Shown: positions 26,744 to 36,067 of the stretch, piece by piece
Layout: every line of letters begins with the position of its first letter
Numbering within the stretch: position 1 is the stretch's first letter
From: Spirochaetia bacterium
Lineage (GTDB): Bacteria; Spirochaetota; Spirochaetia; SZUA-6; Bin103
Direction of reading: 5' to 3'
Assembly: GCA_965203055.1 (NCBI GenBank)
Contig: OZ241863.1
Coordinates: forward strand, 4,257,813 to 4,321,812
DNA length: 64,000 nucleotides
Program-made: the position numbers and the translations under genes
The notes under the pieces: model-generated
What the model was told of the DNA's origin: nothing
Databases searched by the model: none
Seen by the model: only the letters and a program-made list of their open reading frames with translations

Positions 26744-27469
26744 ATGGCCACCCAAACCCGGACCAACGGCTCGGCAGCCGGCGCGGTCGCGCCGGCGCGC
26801 CGCCGTATCATTCCATTCGAGAACGGCGACCGCCTCCCGCGCGGGGAGTTCGAACGGCGCTACCTTGCCCGGCCCGACGTCAAGAAGGCGGAACTGGTCG
26901 AAGGAGTGGTCCTCATGCCGTCCCCGGTGCGCGCCACCCATAGCGAGAAGCATGGCGATCTGTTGGGCTGGCTCCGGTTCTACAGCGCGTCGACCCCCGG
27001 CGTCTCGGTGCTCGACAATGCCACCGTGCGGCTGGATCTCGACAACGAACCCCAGCCCGACGCACTGCTGCGTATCGAGTCGGAGACCATCGGCCGCTCA
27101 CGCATCGACGCCGACGACTACGTGGCGGGGCCGCCGGAGCTGGTCGCGGAGGTGGCGGCAAGCAGCGCCGCGTACGACCTGCATGACAAGCTGCGCGCCT
27201 ACCGCCGCAACGGCGTGCCGGAATACCTCGTCTGGAGAGTCTACGAGCGCGAGTTCGACTGGTTCGTGCTGACCGACGGCGAATACCGGCCGCTGGCGCC
27301 GGACGCCGCCGGGGTCCTCCACAGCCGGACCTTCCCCGGTCTGCGCCTGGCCCGGCGCGCGCTCCTCGACGGCGACTTCACCGCGGTACTCGCCGAACTG
27401 AACCGGGGTCTCGACACGGCGGAACACGCCGCCTTCACCGCCAAACTCAAAGCGCCCCGCTCCCGGTGA
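26744..27469 (+). CDS. Uma2 family endonuclease
   Basis: FENGDRLPRGEFERRY..., AELVEGVVLMPSPVRATH, ...PDALL... and ...PELVAEVAASSAAYDLHDKLRAYRRNGVPEYLVW. Confidence 0.8.
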   Translation: MATQTRTNGSAAGAVAPARRRIIPFENGDRLPRGEFERRYLARPDVKKAELVEGVVLMPSPVRATHSEKHGDLLGWLRFYSASTPGVSVLDNATVRLDLDNEPQPDALLRIESETIGRSRIDADDYVAGPPELVAEVAASSAAYDLHDKLRAYRRNGVPEYLVWRVYEREFDWFVLTDGEYRPLAPDAAGVLHSRTFPGLRLARRALLDGDFTAVLAELNRGLDTAEHAAFTAKLKAPRSR

Positions 27470-27756
27470 CCGGCTCGGTTCCGGTGAAGTACGCTGGCGG
27501 CCGGGTAGCGGCAAGCCCGACGCCGGCGACTCGCTCGCGTCTCACCCGCGCACGCACGTTCTGAACGCCCCCCAGGTGGCCGCATGATCGGGGCTGCGCG
27601 CGTTCTACTGCAGATCCCGCGAAGTGGCTAACTGACGGCGAAATTTAGCTTAGTTCCTTTTCCTTCTTGCCCACGACCTTCCAGTCAGGTTCACGTACCG
27701 ATCAGCAAGCGTATCGACAGAGAGTAACGTAACGCCTCCGTTATTTCGAGTTCTCC

Positions 27757-28642
27757 TTAAAGTTTCCTCGCAACCACGAATACACCGCTTGTCGACAAGT
27801 CACTGTCTCGCATGCCGACGAATCTCCTCGATAGCTCGCTCCTGTGAATAGCCGATACCGTAGATGTCGCGATCTGTGTCTTTACGGTGAAGCCGTATTC
27901 GCGCAACAGATCCATATGGGTCGAGCACGGTTCTCGGTTGATCAAGTACGGTCTTCTACCGCGGACTATCTGCCACAATAGGTCGCTACATGCCCAGTGA
28001 CCATTCCATGCCTCACTCAGCCCATGAGATCTGAAATCGATACGCGGTCGGAAGGTCGTCTACATGCTCCAGCACGGCCTGCGAATAGATCAGGTCAACC
28101 GACTTTTCTTGTATCACAGCGGGGTCTGACCACGGCGCTCGATAGGTAATCATCCGACCTCCGACTATCGCATCTCTTATTCGTTTTACCCGTCGCTCGT
28201 CCAGTGCCTTGTTGAGGAGTTCGTCATGGAGTATCGACGACGGGAAGTCATAATTTTCGAGCAACGGAAAGACTCCCGGAAGCTCATGATCGTTTGGGAT
28301 TCTCGATCGTAGTCGGAATAACTCAACCAACTCGTCAAATACTCGCATATTCTCGTCGACACTGACTTTGTTCACAGCATCAAGGCCATAATATCTAGCA
28401 CATCCCGAAAGCAAGGCGGCTAAGCCGCAGCCGATCGAAGCGCCGGGTCCTAACTCTGCGACCGTCTCCGGAATCCCGTTCAATCCGCAATTCTTCGCGT
28501 GAATCAGGTGCCGTAACCACACTGCGTAAGAATATCTCGCCGATTCTGTTCCACCAACACCACCTTTTCTGAGTGCATCTCGGATGTGTCCGACGAATGG
28601 CAGGAACGTACATAGCCCGTAGACTATCGACTTCGTATTCAC
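27757..28642 (-). pseudogene. Class I SAM-dependent methyltransferase gene, disrupted
   Basis: GTG at 28642, 9 nt after AAGGAG. GGTESARYSYAVWLRHL and motif I VAELGPGASIGCG are present. The ORF stops at 28013 after ...EHVDDLPTAYRF, and the family-typical WNGHW..LINREPCSTHMDLLREYGF continues in another frame (27757..27978). GC is low. Confidence 0.5.
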
Positions 28643-28901
28643 TGTAAGATACTCCTTGAGGTGGTCCCGGTTGATTAGATTAGACAGTCCGAGGGGTAGG
28701 TTAAGGTGTATCCCGTCGGTTGTCAACGACCCCTCCCTCTGCACCCTCTGCAACCCTCTGCAAATCAGGCGGCGGTAAACCGGGGGTGGGGTCCGGGGCG
28801 GGGGTAGCTGTCCCTGTGGATATGTGGACAACTCCCGCTCCGCGGTGCGCAGCCACTCGCTCCGTTCCCGGTGCTTGCAGTTTGCACCCCTCCCCATCTC
28901 G

Positions 28902-29625
28902 CTACGCCACCTGCCCGGCCGGCGCCGCCACGCCGCAGTACGCCTCCGCCGGCGTCCGCCCGTCCAGCGCCGAGTGGGGGCGTACCTCGTTGTAGAACTC
29001 CATCCACTCCGCGATCACGCGCTGCGCCGCGAAGCCGTCCGCCAACTCGTGCAGGTACACCGCCTCATACTTCACAGCGCTCCTGCGCCTGTGCCAACGC
29101 CAGCAGGCAGAACTCGCTGTCCAGCGTATTCGCCAGTTCCCAGGCCAGCACCCGCCGACTCGCCCAGTCCATCACCGCCACCAAGTACAGGTACCCGTCC
29201 TGCACCGGGATATAGGTGATGTCTGCGCACCACACCTGATTCGGTCGCGTAATGGTAAGCCCTCTCAACAGATACGGATACACTTGATGGTCCGGGTTCG
29301 GCACCGTGGTGCGCGGCTTGCGGTAGATCGCCTCCAACCCCAGCAGCCGCATCAGCCGTCGCACCCGGTGGCGCCCCGCCGTTACCCCTTCCCGCGCCAG
29401 ATGCCGGGCCAGCTGCCGACTGCCGTAGAACGGGTACTTCAGGTACAACTCGTCGATGCGGCGCATCAAGCTGAGCGTCGCCGCGCTGGCTCCGCGCGGT
29501 CGGTAGTACAGGGCCGAGCGGCATACGCCGAGCAGCCCGCACTGCCGACTCAAGCTGAGACTCGAATGCTCGCGGTCAACTATCAGCCGTCGTTGCTCCG
29601 GGCTCAGCGATCGAGCCCGCGCGCT
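28902..29625 (-). pseudogene. IS3 family transposase OrfB with internal deletion of the DDE core
   Basis: The N-terminal part (..LSRQCGLLGVCRSALYY..NQVWCADITYIPVQDGYLYLVAVMDWASRRVLAW) ends at 29065. The C-terminal tail (KYEAVYLHELADGFAAQRVIAEWMEFYNEVRPHSALDGRTP) is in another frame and ends at 28902. The middle catalytic region is missing. Confidence 0.7.
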
Positions 29626-29906
29626 AAAAAATCGCGCTCCACGGTCAACTCGCCGATCTTGGCATGGAGGTCATGGATGAGCGCCTCCTGCTCGGTGGGG
29701 CCGCGCTTGGCGGTCGCGGCGAACAGTTCTTCGAGCCCGGTCTGGGCTTGCCGCTTCCAGACGCTGACCTGATTTGGATGAACTTGGTGCTTGGCAGCGA
29801 TCGCCTGGATCGTGCGGTCCCCGCGGAACGCCTCCAGCGCCACCCTGGCTTTGAACTGTGCTGTGAATCGGCGTCGTTTCGTCGCCATCCCCTTGGCCCT
29901 CCTCAT
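29604..29906 (-). CDS. IS3 family transposase OrfA (HTH)
   Basis: KRRRFTAQFKARVALEAFRGDRTIQAIAAKHQVHPNQVSVWKRQA. A slippery TTTTTTA (coding strand, 29625..29631) lies near its end. Confidence 0.8.
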   Translation of the reverse strand: MRRAKGMATKRRRFTAQFKARVALEAFRGDRTIQAIAAKHQVHPNQVSVWKRQAQTGLEELFAATAKRGPTEQEALIHDLHAKIGELTVERDFLARGLDR

Positions 29907-30167
29907 GGCCTGGAATACACCTTAACCTCCTGTCCAATTTTCCGTGACCACCTCACCATTCCTCGCCGGATTGAAGTGGCGAAGCAGGATACAACCCAAC
30001 CAGCTACTGGCTCATTTCTGAGATCAAGCGCCACATTCGCTACTACGGTGGCGAGCATCCTTGTGAGATTCGCTATCATCGCCCCATAATCCTGGGTCCG
30101 TTATGTTAAGGGGTAGGCTCTGGCTCCGGTTGTGATGGCCATGGAAGTTAAGCTAAGCCGCAAGCCC

Positions 30168-30581
30168 TTACGCAGCGACCGAGTTGACTTCGAGGCGCAG
30201 TCCGATGGCGTTCAAGGCGGCTTCCATCTGATCCAGCCGAGAATGGTGATTGACGTTCAACACTCGATCTACTTGCGGCAGATGCCAGCCTAGACGGCGT
30301 GCCAACTCGGCCTTGCCGATATTTTGGTCCCGCATGCCTTGGTACAAGATAACCTTGATAGCGGTAAGTGTCGGAAGTTGGACACAAGTCCCACTCGGAG
30401 TGGGCAGCGGAATATCCTTCCGATCGTGGATGCGTGCGGCGACTGCTTCTTCCAACGCATCGACCGCACGCATCAACGCTTCATCACGATCTTCTCCAAA
30501 CGTCGTCAATTCGGGAAAATCAGGAGCCGTAACAAGCACAGATCCTTCATCGTCCTCAAGATTCACTGTATAACAAAGCAT
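30168..30581 (-). CDS. hicB: HicB family antitoxin
   Basis: MLCYTVNLEDDEGSVLVTAPDFPELTTFGEDRDEALMRAVDALEE..., with a C-terminal HTH (IGKAELARRLGWHLPQVDRVL). ATG at 30581 after AAGGG. Confidence 0.85.
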   Translation of the reverse strand: MLCYTVNLEDDEGSVLVTAPDFPELTTFGEDRDEALMRAVDALEEAVAARIHDRKDIPLPTPSGTCVQLPTLTAIKVILYQGMRDQNIGKAELARRLGWHLPQVDRVLNVNHHSRLDQMEAALNAIGLRLEVNSVAA

Positions 30582-30626
30582 ATTACAAAACACCCTTTTT
30601 CACACTTAGGTAATCGTGCTACAATC

Positions 30627-30815
30627 CTAATCGAGCTCCAGGTCCTTCTTGATCTTAGCTGCAAGTCCCTTACCAAGATCTTTGTCTGATCCGTGCATAG
30701 GTAATTGAGTGACAAAATCATTGCGGCGAACAGTTATGTGTCCGCTTCCACCCTTGTGGGTCTCAAAAGTGCAACCTTGTTTCTTAAGCCATCTCTTTAG
30801 TTCTGAGGCTTTCAT
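30627..30815 (-). CDS. hicA: HicA family mRNA interferase toxin
   Basis: 62 aa: MKASELKRWLKKQGCTFETHKGGSGHITVRRNDFVTQLPMHGSDKDLGKGLAAKIKKDLEL. AGGAGG SD. Confidence 0.9.
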   Translation of the reverse strand: MKASELKRWLKKQGCTFETHKGGSGHITVRRNDFVTQLPMHGSDKDLGKGLAAKIKKDLELD

Positions 30816-30843
30816 TGTCCTCCTTCTAAAGTAGTCTCTCTAT

Positions 30844-30872
30844 ATTGTAGTAGCCGCCCAACGTGAGGTCAA
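30844..30872 (-). promoter_or_regulatory. Near-consensus sigma70 promoter of hicAB
   Basis: On the minus strand, TTGACC, a 17-nt spacer, then TACAAT, ~28 nt upstream of the hicA ATG. Confidence 0.6.
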
Positions 30873-30980
30873 CAGAAATGTTAGGTTTCTTCTACTCGGG
30901 AGCAAATCAATACCGTAAATACCTTTACCGTCGGTTGGGCTGAGCAGACGGGCTGGAGCCGGCGACGTGCGTAGCTCCGG

Positions 30981-31526
30981 TCAGGCCGGGGGCTGCACGA
31001 TGGCCGGGGTGTCGGAGGGGGTGAACCGGACCTCTACCAGGTTGTTTCCGGGACCGCCCCGGTCTATCACCAGAAAGTCGCTCTCGCGGTCGAGGGCGAT
31101 TACCGGGTGGTGCCACACGCCGCGCGCGTAGTTGACGCCTTGGCGGCCGTCGGTCACGAAGGCGCGCAGTTGGCCGGCGTCGGGCAGGGGGCCGGGCGGC
31201 GCAGCCACGATCAGAAACGGGAAGGGGTCGAGCGGGATGAACGCCTGCGATCCCAGCGGGTGATGCTCCAGCACGCGCACCGGGAACGGCACCGGACTCG
31301 GCTGCGCGCGGAACACGTTGATCAGCGGCCGGCCGCCGCCCGCGGCCGCGTCCACCCGCGCCAGGTCGTGAAAGCGCACCGTGGTGCCGTCGTTGATCAG
31401 CCGCCGTTCGGCCCCGGCCGTCTCGATCACCTCCCCGAACGGGGCAAACTCCCGCCGCGTCAGGGGCACCGGCGTGAGGCGGCGCGCCGAACTCTGGCTC
31501 AAGTCAACTCTCCGCCGGGCGGCCAA
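30981..31526 (-). CDS. allA: Ureidoglycolate lyase
   Basis: [14 protein letters not shown]..., [15 protein letters not shown]..., ...[14 protein letters not shown]. The start is uncertain (TTG at 31526 overlaps the upstream stop). Confidence 0.75.
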   Translation of the reverse strand: MAARRRVDLSQSSARRLTPVPLTRREFAPFGEVIETAGAERRLINDGTTVRFHDLARVDAAAGGGRPLINVFRAQPSPVPFPVRVLEHHPLGSQAFIPLDPFPFLIVAAPPGPLPDAGQLRAFVTDGRQGVNYARGVWHHPVIALDRESDFLVIDRGGPGNNLVEVRFTPSDTPAIVQPPA

Positions 31527-32538
31527 ACAGGCGCAGGCGGCTGACGCCGCCGTCGGGAATGATGTTCAGGTGCACGTGAGAGACCGGCTGCGCGCACGCG
31601 GCGGCGGGGACCTCGAAGGCGTGTTCGCAGTCGGCCTGCAGCGGCTGCTCCGGCAGCAGCACCGGCCAGAACATCGACTGCGCGATCACCGATTCCTGCA
31701 GCTCGCCGAAGTGCGCCGGCAGCAGCGCCCCTTGCAGCGAGCAGCGGTCGGGGTAGTTGCCCTTGAAGTGACTGGTGTCCACCACCACGCGTTGGATGCA
31801 GCCGGGCCGGGCCAGCTCGATGATGCACCAGTCGTGCCCCGGCTCGCGCCGCCGCCGGGTTTCCCATCCCTCACCCGCGTGACGCGCGCGGTCCGGGCGC
31901 AGCAGGTTGGAGGGATGGCCGTAGTGGGAGTTGTTCCAGGCCACCGCCACCGCTCCGTTGCGGGCGCAGCCCAGGTCCACGGGGCCGGCCGCGGCCAGCG
32001 CCTGCCAGTCGGGGCGCGGGCGGCCATACACCCGCAGGCGCGCCACGCCGCCGTCCGGCAGCAGATTGAGCCGCACGTGGGTAACCACCGCGGTGCTCGC
32101 GACGTCGAGCAGATGATGGGAGTCGGGGCCGATCGGCGACGGCGGCACCAGCGGGACCCACTCGGTGGCCGCGTCCGGGTCGCCGCGGCAGTAGCAGCCG
32201 TCCATGGAGGCCGCGGGCGGGAAATTGCCGGTGAAGTGGGTGGTGTCGATGTCGACCGTGAAGATCTCGCCCGCGGTCGCCAGTCGTACGATGCAGTGGT
32301 CGTGGCCCCCGCGGCGCCGGCGCCGTGACTCCCAGCCGTCCATCCACTTGCCGTGATCGTCATACTTGTCGGGGAAGAACACCGGGGCGCGCGGCTCCAG
32401 CATGCGGCTCATGGGGCCGAAGAATTCGTCGCTGCAGGAAACTGCCGCGGCGCCGATCCGGATATCCGCCAAGTTGGTGGTGCGGCGCGCGGCGGCGCCG
32501 CCGGCGGAGGGAGGGGACGCCCCTTGCTCAGCCGGCAT
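31504..32538 (-). CDS. alc: Allantoicase
   Basis: Two allantoicase repeats: [16 protein letters not shown]..., [18 protein letters not shown], and [20 protein letters not shown]. Confidence 0.85.
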   Translation of the reverse strand: MPAEQGASPPSAGGAAARRTTNLADIRIGAAAVSCSDEFFGPMSRMLEPRAPVFFPDKYDDHGKWMDGWESRRRRRGGHDHCIVRLATAGEIFTVDIDTTHFTGNFPPAASMDGCYCRGDPDAATEWVPLVPPSPIGPDSHHLLDVASTAVVTHVRLNLLPDGGVARLRVYGRPRPDWQALAAAGPVDLGCARNGAVAVAWNNSHYGHPSNLLRPDRARHAGEGWETRRRREPGHDWCIIELARPGCIQRVVVDTSHFKGNYPDRCSLQGALLPAHFGELQESVIAQSMFWPVLLPEQPLQADCEHAFEVPAAACAQPVSHVHLNIIPDGGVSRLRLFGRPAES

Positions 32539-33436
32539 GGGGATGATGCTCCCGCCAATGGCGGGCGAGGTCGATGCGCCGGCAGCACCACACCGCCTCG
32601 TGGGCCAGCACGTGGTCGAGGAACCGCGCCACGGCCGCGAAGCGGCCCGGCCGCCCGGCCAGCCGACAGTGCAGCCCTATCGACATCATGCGCGGCGTGC
32701 GCGCGCCCTCGGCGTACAGCACGTCGAACGCGTCTCGCAGATAGTTGAAGAACTGCTCGCCGGAGTTGAAGCCCTGCGGGGTGGCGAAGCGCATGTCGTT
32801 GGCGTCGAGCGTGTAGGGCACCACCAGATGCGGCTGCCCGGCGACCTCGGTCCAGAACGGCAGGTCATCGCTGTAATCGTCGGCGTCGTACAGAAAGCCG
32901 CCCTCCTCCACCACCAGCCGGCGGGTATTGGGACTGGTGCGTCCCGTATACCAGCCCCGCGGCCGTTCCCCGGTGAGCTGCCGGATGATTTCGACGGCGC
33001 GCTGCAGATGTTCCCGCTCTACCGGCTCCGGCACCTCCTGATAGTCGATCCAGCGATAGCCGTGGCTGCAGATCTCGAAGCCGTTGGCCAGGGCCGCGTC
33101 GGCCACCGCCGGGTTGCGCTGCAGGGCCATCGCCACCGCGAATACGGTTATCGGTACCTGCCGCGCGCGGAACAGATCGAACAGCCGCCACACCCCGACC
33201 CGGCTGCCATACTCGTAGATCGACTCCATGCTCAGGTGGCGGCCGGAAATCGGGCGCGCGCCGACGATCTCCGACAGGAACGCCTCCGAGGCCGCGTCGC
33301 CGTGCAGGATGCAGTTCTCGCCCCCCTCTTCGTAGTTGACGACGAACTGCACCGCCACGCGGGCGTTGCCGGGCCACCGCGCGGGCGGCGGCGTACTCCC
33401 GTAGCCAAGCAGGTCCCGGGGGTATGCGGCGTCCAT
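32528..33436 (-). CDS. puuE: Allantoinase PuuE (polysaccharide deacetylase family)
   Basis: MDAAYPRDLLGYGSTPPPARWPGNARVAVQFVVNYEEGGE, ...SHGYRW. ATG at 33436; the ORF extends to a GTG at 33451. Confidence 0.8.
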   Translation of the reverse strand: MDAAYPRDLLGYGSTPPPARWPGNARVAVQFVVNYEEGGENCILHGDAASEAFLSEIVGARPISGRHLSMESIYEYGSRVGVWRLFDLFRARQVPITVFAVAMALQRNPAVADAALANGFEICSHGYRWIDYQEVPEPVEREHLQRAVEIIRQLTGERPRGWYTGRTSPNTRRLVVEEGGFLYDADDYSDDLPFWTEVAGQPHLVVPYTLDANDMRFATPQGFNSGEQFFNYLRDAFDVLYAEGARTPRMMSIGLHCRLAGRPGRFAAVARFLDHVLAHEAVWCCRRIDLARHWREHHPHAG

Positions 33437-33454
33437 CCGCGCAGGCCGCACCGA

Positions 33455-34408
33455 TTACCGGTCGCGGCCGAACAGCGCGAAGGCGAAGTTGGCGGCCGGC
33501 GGGGGCAGGTCGGTGCGGCCCTGCAGGTAGCGCCGCGCCTGCTCGTCGGGCGGGACGCTGTCCAGTTGCGAGAACCCGGCGCGCGCCAGTTCCGCGGTCA
33601 ACTCCTCGGGAGCGAACGTCGAGCGCATCGGCTCGCCGCGCTTGGCGACGAACTGATCTATCTTGTCGGCGAACAGCAGGCTGTCCTCCGGGATCAGGCG
33701 GCGCGGATACTTGTAGTCGAGGACTATCCGGCTGCCGCCGGCGGCCACCGCGGCGAGGCGCTCGAGGGTGTCGCGGATCGCCTCCCTGGTCAGGTAATAG
33801 GTGGTCCCGAGCCACGAAAAGAACGCCGGCGCGTTGGCGTCGAAGCCGGCGCGCGTCAGCTCCTCGTCAAGGCGGTCGGTCTCGAAGTCGACCGCGACGA
33901 AGGTCAGGTTGGCGGGGACGCTGCCGTTGATGGCGACGACCCGCGCGCGCTTCATGGCCTGCGACGACGGGTGATCCACCTCGAAGATGCGCAGCCGGTC
34001 GCCGAGCTCCGCGTGGCGCAGCGCAAAGGTGTCGAGCCCGGCGCCGAGGATCACGTACTGCCCGACCCCGGCGCCGACCGCTTCCTGCAGCCGCTCCTCG
34101 GCGTAGCGGATGCGCAGGATGTTCTCGGTATGGATGGGCCGGAACACGCCCAGCACGCGATGCACGATGAGCCGGTTCAGCAGCCGGTTGGTGGCGACCA
34201 GGCGCCAGAACGGCGTGGTCATCTGCAGCGCGTACTGATCCGAGAACACCGGCGGATGGTCCCAGCGCAGGTGACTCGCGCGAATCGCCGCCACCAGCAC
34301 CGCCGTCTTGCTGGCCCGCCGCCCGTGCGGCTGGGCCTGCGGACCGGGCTGCTTTCGGTTATCGTCAGGCACCTTGCGGGCCACAGTAGCCGGATCAGGA
34401 ATCGACAC
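33455..34408 (-). CDS. Class I SAM-dependent methyltransferase (TIGR00027/LCMT-like)
   Basis: SKTAVLVAAIRASH..., PVFSDQYA, ...QYVILGAGLDTFALR, ...FFSWLGTTYYL. Confidence 0.75.
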   Translation of the reverse strand: MSIPDPATVARKVPDDNRKQPGPQAQPHGRRASKTAVLVAAIRASHLRWDHPPVFSDQYALQMTTPFWRLVATNRLLNRLIVHRVLGVFRPIHTENILRIRYAEERLQEAVGAGVGQYVILGAGLDTFALRHAELGDRLRIFEVDHPSSQAMKRARVVAINGSVPANLTFVAVDFETDRLDEELTRAGFDANAPAFFSWLGTTYYLTREAIRDTLERLAAVAAGGSRIVLDYKYPRRLIPEDSLLFADKIDQFVAKRGEPMRSTFAPEELTAELARAGFSQLDSVPPDEQARRYLQGRTDLPPPAANFAFALFGRDR

Positions 34409-34447
34409 GCAAGGGCGCGGCGCGGCTGCACGCGGCTGCCGGCGCCG

Positions 34448-35965
34448 TCAGCCCGCGGCGGCGGCCTCCGGCAGGCGGAAGCGGCGGCGCAGCTCGGGCG
34501 GCGCGCCGCAGCGGTCGAAGGCGGCGCCGAGCGCGGCCTGCATCTCGGCGACCCGTTGCGGGTGCGCGGCGGCGGCGTTGCGCCGTTCGCTGGGGTCCGC
34601 TTCCAGATCGCTGAGCCAGGTGCCCAGATAGTCCGCCGGCACCGGATCGCGCTCCACCAGGCGGCGGCCGTCGACGTACGGCCCGAGGACTTGCTGGCCG
34701 TAGAAGCGCTGCTGATGGTAGCCGTGCCAGTACAGCGGTTGCTCCGGGTCGGGGCCCTGATGCAGCGTCCAGCGGCCATCGGTGATGGTGGCCGAGCGTG
34801 CGAACTGGCCGGCGATGGCGTAGTCGCGGGTCGGCGCCGCGGGGTCGGCCAGCGTCGGCAGCAGGTTCACCCCGTGGCAGCCCGGCGGCAGCTCGCGCCC
34901 GAAGGCGGCCAGCACGGTGGCGTAGAGATCGACGTTCTGCACCAGTTGGCGGCGCCGCTCGCCGTGCCCCAGCTCGGGGTGGTAGATCAGGAACGGGATC
35001 ATGTTCTTGGCCGCGAACTCGTGGGTCTGCAGCTTGCCGATGCGCTCGTGGTCGCCATTGAAGGTGCCGTGGTCGGTGTGCAGGATCACCATCGTGTTGC
35101 GCCACAGATCGAGCTCGTCCATGGCGTCGAGCACTTGGCCCAGCCAACGGTCGGCCAGCACCACCTTGCCGGCGTAGCGCGCCTGGAAGCTGCGCAGGGT
35201 GCCGGCATCCATCTGCTCGCGCCACCGGGAGTAGCCGGGGTGGCTCGCCCAATCGGCGGTGTAGTAGCCGCGCGGATCGAACTGGCGCAGGATCTCCTCC
35301 GGCGGGTCCCATGGCTCGTGGGGGTCGAATTCGTCGACGTGCAGGTAGAAGCTGCGGTGCCCGGCGTTGCGGCGCAGCCACTCCGCCGCGCTGCTGAAGG
35401 TGCGCGCCACCGGCAAGTCCTGTTCGCGACTGCCGAAGCGGTGCTTGTTGCGCCAGTAGCGCTCCAGCTTGGTGGGCAGGTCGGGCGGCGGGCAGTAGAA
35501 CTCCTCGCTGGTGGTGGCCCACGGGTCCTCCTGCTGGCCGCGGATGAACTCGAAGCCGCTGAAGCCGAAGTGATAGTTGCCCGAGCCCGCGCACCACATG
35601 TTCTTGTGGTCGGAGATGAAGTAGCTCGCCACGTCGCCGGCGCCGTAGCCGCTGATCGGCTGGGTATGGTGCGGCGACAGCAGGTTCGGCAGCGCCAGGT
35701 CGCCTTCCTCCAGCGGCCCCCAACCGCGTTCCAGAAACTCGTAGCGGCCGGTGTAGATGTCGCGCCGCGCCGGCATGCAGGGGGTGCTGCCTGCGTAGGC
35801 GCGCTCGAATACCGTGCCGCGCGCCGCCAGCCGGTCGAGATTCGGCGTGGGCACCACCCAGTCGGGCTGCTCCGGTGAGTCTACCTGATCGAGGGGCCGC
35901 CCCTGATGGTAGGGCCCGCAGTGATCGCGCCGCAGCGTGTCGCAGAGAATGTGGATGACGTTCAT
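34448..35965 (-). CDS. Sulfatase-like hydrolase (Cys-type)
   Basis: ATG at 35965 (MNVIHILCDTLRRDH) and CMPARRDIYTGRY. Only the C-terminal 505 codons of the 871-aa ORF are credible. Confidence 0.8.
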   Translation of the reverse strand: MNVIHILCDTLRRDHCGPYHQGRPLDQVDSPEQPDWVVPTPNLDRLAARGTVFERAYAGSTPCMPARRDIYTGRYEFLERGWGPLEEGDLALPNLLSPHHTQPISGYGAGDVASYFISDHKNMWCAGSGNYHFGFSGFEFIRGQQEDPWATTSEEFYCPPPDLPTKLERYWRNKHRFGSREQDLPVARTFSSAAEWLRRNAGHRSFYLHVDEFDPHEPWDPPEEILRQFDPRGYYTADWASHPGYSRWREQMDAGTLRSFQARYAGKVVLADRWLGQVLDAMDELDLWRNTMVILHTDHGTFNGDHERIGKLQTHEFAAKNMIPFLIYHPELGHGERRRQLVQNVDLYATVLAAFGRELPPGCHGVNLLPTLADPAAPTRDYAIAGQFARSATITDGRWTLHQGPDPEQPLYWHGYHQQRFYGQQVLGPYVDGRRLVERDPVPADYLGTWLSDLEADPSERRNAAAAHPQRVAEMQAALGAAFDRCGAPPELRRRFRLPEAAAAG

Positions 35966-36067
35966 CGCCGGGCAAGTATAGTGCCGCGGCCCGCGGCGCG
36001 CAGTCCCGGGCGCAGGGCGCCGGGGCGCAGTTTGACCGCGCGCCGCGGGCACCGCTAAGCTCGGGCC

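Larger units (their letters stand above)
28672..29950 (-). mobile_element. Degenerate IS3-family insertion sequence
   Basis: Imperfect terminal inverted repeats, TGATTAGATTAGACAG..GGTTAAGGTGTAT (28672..28714) versus the reverse complement of 29912..29950 (TGGTCACGGAAAATTGGACAGGAGGTTAAGGTGTAT). TG...CA ends. orfA is intact and orfB has an internal deletion. No target duplication was seen. Confidence 0.7.

Noticed and set aside
28642-28726. Longer methyltransferase ORF starting at a TTG at 28726 or extending to 28897
   Set aside because: That region is the terminal inverted repeat and interior of the IS3 relic. A GTG at 28642 with an AAGGAG 9 nt upstream is the better start and lies outside the IS.
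15418-30170. Relationship between GGTTAAG-containing strings at the HNH unit end (15421), the IS3 inverted repeats (28699, 29921) and 30101-30165
   Set aside because: The shared words are only 7-9 nt and appear in different orders, so they do not support a common element.
32366-35878. 1170-aa ORF on the plus strand, and similar very long ORFs (7932-9491 +, 12063-14384 +, 44098-46173 -, 55402-57705 -, 41386-43341 +)
   Set aside because: They run antisense to, or out of frame with, genes that have clear catalytic motifs. They are Arg/Ala/Gly/Pro-rich with no recognisable motifs, as expected for spurious ORFs in high-GC DNA.
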